Positions 60,990-64,000 of a stretch of DNA of 64,000 nucleotides are shown here, piece by piece. Both the position numbers and the translations under genes were made by a program. The DNA comes from Scyliorhinus canicula. Its lineage: Eukaryota. The number at the start of each line of letters is the position of its first letter. Position 1 is the stretch's first letter. The stretch is from contig NW_024055806.1 of NCBI RefSeq assembly GCF_902713615.1, forward strand, positions 186,001 to 250,000, in the 5' to 3' direction. Under the pieces are notes generated by a model, which was not told the DNA's origin, made no database searches, and worked only from the letters and a program-made list of their open reading frames with translations.

Positions 60990-61298
60990 TTGGGCAGTAG
61001 CTCAGTACTCCTGTCTGTTAGGGGGTTCTACAGAATCTCGGGCAATAATATGAGCAGCGCTGTCAGCCTCTCAAACCAAATACTGCCAACAAACCAATCT
61101 CATTTTGAATGAAAACGTCAGGATACCGGTTCCAGAAGCGGCTGAAAAAACAAACAAAATAGAATCTTTAAAATGACAGGTAGATGCAGTTCGAAATAAA
61201 CGTATCGGTTAATTATTCTTTCCTACACCTTTTCTTTCTTTATTCTTTTTAAAAACAGAGTTTAATGTTAGGAACAGCTCCATGGAACAGGGTACCTC

Positions 61299-61352
61299 TG
61301 ACGTCACATAGAATCGACAGACTGACGTCACAGATAGTACAGACTGACGTCA
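61299..61352. promoter_or_regulatory. Three perfect CRE palindromes (TGACGTCA) in tandem
   Basis: At 61299-61306, 61323-61330 and 61345-61352. Confidence 0.5.
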
Positions 61353-62232
61353 CATAGACTGTTGTCTGACTTTCCTCAGACGGAAGAACTGACGCATGCG
61401 CACTCTCCTACTTGGGTGGAACAGCACTGCTGAAGCTCCCTCATACCTTCACCCTGTTATCCACATTCCCAGGGACACATTTCTGGACTCTACATGTATC
61501 TGGTGTAGGGACTCAGTTTTATGCTCAACAGCGTTGCCTCCACTCAGTTTGGGATCTGCTGACAGCTATTTTACAAATTGGGTTGATCTGTGATATGAAT
61601 CTGAGCTTCACTTTCGTGATCCGTTTCAGTGAGAGGGGATTAGAGTCCTTGCCGGTTTTTACGGACGAATGCATCTAGGCTCACAGAGATACGCGGCAGA
61701 GTCAGGGACAGAAGCTTACTAAGATGTAAAGGGACGTTTCATTGCCTGGTCGAAATCAGCAAAAAAAAAAACCGCTCTTTGTTTATTTTGGACGAACTAG
61801 CCCCGCTACCCCCTTTCCTACCTCCTCATTAGGATCCCGGAGCTTCTGTATAGTGATGTACCAAAGACGGGAGGGTAAGCTATCCCGATGTCTAGTAATT
61901 GCAGTTTTGTGTTACGGTCTGTCCTTCCTGAATCATCTCTGGGACATTGAATCCATCCACTATTCTAAAACAAAGACCAACCTTTGTCAGACATCACAGT
62001 ATTGCAAACAATGGAACATAGGAAGAAACGATCTCAAAAATCCACTCACCGGGCAACACGACCATGGTTAGCGGGAAAGGACATAGGAGAAATATGGCAG
62101 GTGGTTTAGATTCAGCTAACAAATCAGAATATTTTAAATATTCTGAATGTTATAGACTGACATTGAAGAGTGAACATAGAATTGGGCATGTTTCGCTTAT
62201 TGTGAATCTGAGGGACAGCTGCCGAGGAAGAG

Positions 62233-62606
62233 GATTGGCTGCTCTCTCAGAAATGGGACTAACAATGAACCAATCAGTGATGCTGGTGCCCTATTACTGC
62301 ATGAACACTCAAAGCTCTTTCTGTGCTAATCCGCTTGAGGTTGGCCTCCATCGATGCACGTTACACACACACCAGACGCACGGGCAAACACTTTCGTACA
62401 GACAACCCAAGCAGAGGCTCACATTTACAGTTAACCAAATGTAATCGTTACCCAGTGAGGCTAAACCTATTTCAGTATCTTTCTCTTTCTTGACCTTCTG
62501 CTCAGAGTTTTGCTTCAAATCTTTCTCTCTCTCTCTCACACACACTATCCCCCAATATGCTCTCCTTCCATGTGCTTGTGATAATCCTGATTATTTTGCT
62601 GACAGT
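62233..62606 (+). pseudogene. Orphan TCR V promoter module plus leader-like exon (MLSFHVLVIILIILL), weak donor, no intact V exon
   Basis: 43-bp GATTGG...CCAATC module at 62233-62275. The ATG at 62557 gives a peptide aligning without gaps to the 59221 leader (ILIIL identical); the donor is degraded to GTCTGG. Confidence 0.55.
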
Positions 62607-64000
62607 CTGGTCTCAATAAACTCGAGAGGAATCTGTAGGTATAGTATTATTTATTTTTAATCAACTTGCAAGGCTGACCCGCTCTATAGAGATTCAGAAC
62701 ACATACAGTCTCTGAAGCTCCCAGAACCGACTGAGGACCAAGTCAAAGAGATCTCTGCACATATTCAAACGGCATCACGTTTCACATACAAGATTCCCAT
62801 AGGTCCATCCTATACACCCTCCTGACCTGGCCATATAGCCTGAATGGTTCACTTCGGATTCCTCAACCATGGGCCTCTTGTTACCCAGCATCCTTTTCAC
62901 CATCCTCTGCACGAGGCTCCCCTCCACCTTTCTGCCATGCTTTGCTGAATTCCTTTGTTATTTGTCTGTGAACTCACTACCATCAGACCGGCTCTATCAT
63001 CTACATTATTCTAACTAATAATCCTACTTTATATCACATTCGTTTGTTCAATTCCTATCCGATGCCACGAATGGGTCATGTGCAGCAATTTCCCCAACAG
63101 CACAATCGTTTCAGAATGGAAATGAGAACAGCAAACGGAGGCTGCGCCCCGAGACACCGCAGATTCTAAACTAGTCAGACTGTGCGGCTGGTATCATCTG
63201 CAGGCGGGATTGCAGGAGCGGAAATAGCGACGGTTGAATCTCTGGAGACTTGTGAGCATCCTGCACCTGTTCACTGCTCATGTGAGTGAGGGACTGGCAT
63301 GCATCGCCCAGAAGTATCAAAAATTAGGGAACGGAATGAACATTCGGCACATGCCTATTTGAAAATGCTGTCCCAATCGTCTTTCGCACACCACATTTTC
63401 CATATTGCTTTCCATTCTCAGATTATGAAAGTCACCTTTTGGCAGTTCTTATTGAATCTTCTTTCATCATTTTCGCGTTGTGTTCTAGATGTTAACAAAT
63501 CGGAATATTATGAATAAATACATCATTCTCTATCATATTTTTCTATCAAATCGGGATGATTTGTCATTGGATCTGCTGCTAATGGGAACAATTACAGCAA
63601 AACGATTTGAGTCTTCCTTCTACCTCTATTCTTACAAGCAAATGAACCCAGAATTCTCTGGTCTTTGCATAAACGGCCCTCGTCCCTGTTAATATTTAAA
63701 TATATAACATCTTTCTCCAACGTCCTAATACTACTCCTCATTTGTCGTGCACAGGATTTGGAAAGAAACGGGCAGCAAAGATTTCATCGATTTAGTGTCC
63801 GTTTCTGACACAAACATCAACAGTTGTAAAAACTGTTTCCTAGCAGATCTAGTTTAGATTTCTGGGAGACATTCATGTCTTTTTGTGTATTTCAATGCAC
63901 CCTCAATCCATTCAGTGGCTGCATTCAAATAGGAATGAAACTATTCCGGCACCAGAAGGTGCCAACTTCAAACATGGGGATGATGAAGTTCCGTGACGGC

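Noticed and set aside
62064-62444. ORF containing PYYC, a possible V domain
   Set aside because: No first Cys/Trp framework or RSS; the region is better explained as the promoter of the orphan leader.

Overview
Repeat-rich elasmobranch (shark-type) genomic DNA. The species cannot be fixed from sequence alone; the SINE/LINE set looks catshark-like, which is an inference. The key content is antigen-receptor genes of two classes about 44 kb apart and arranged head-to-head. On the minus strand is an intact, unrearranged IgM-type heavy-chain cluster: leader, VH(23-RSS), D1(12/22), D2(12/12), JH(23-RSS) at 13405-15123, with no recognisable constant exon in the 13.4 kb downstream of JH. On the plus strand are an intact TCR V-alpha/delta-type segment (59221-59709), a decayed paralogous pseudo-V (60495-60989) and an orphan promoter plus leader (62233-62606). 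The intact TCR V has a CTCF-type motif starting 26 bp after the end of its RSS nonamer, and a decayed G-rich remnant sits at the same offset in the pseudo-V. A full-length, nearly intact L1-clade LINE with a 10-bp TSD sits 436 bp upstream of the VH start codon. The rest is a 5'-truncated L1, CR1/L2/RTE LINE fragments, Penelope-like elements carrying minimal hammerhead ribozyme motifs, two tRNA-SINE families and several satellites, including a 39-bp array with GAGCTGGGG on the IgH sense strand downstream of JH. IgH segments inside shark TCR alpha/delta loci are already known in general; the specific architecture, the RSS-linked CTCF site and the switch-like array are what merit follow-up.
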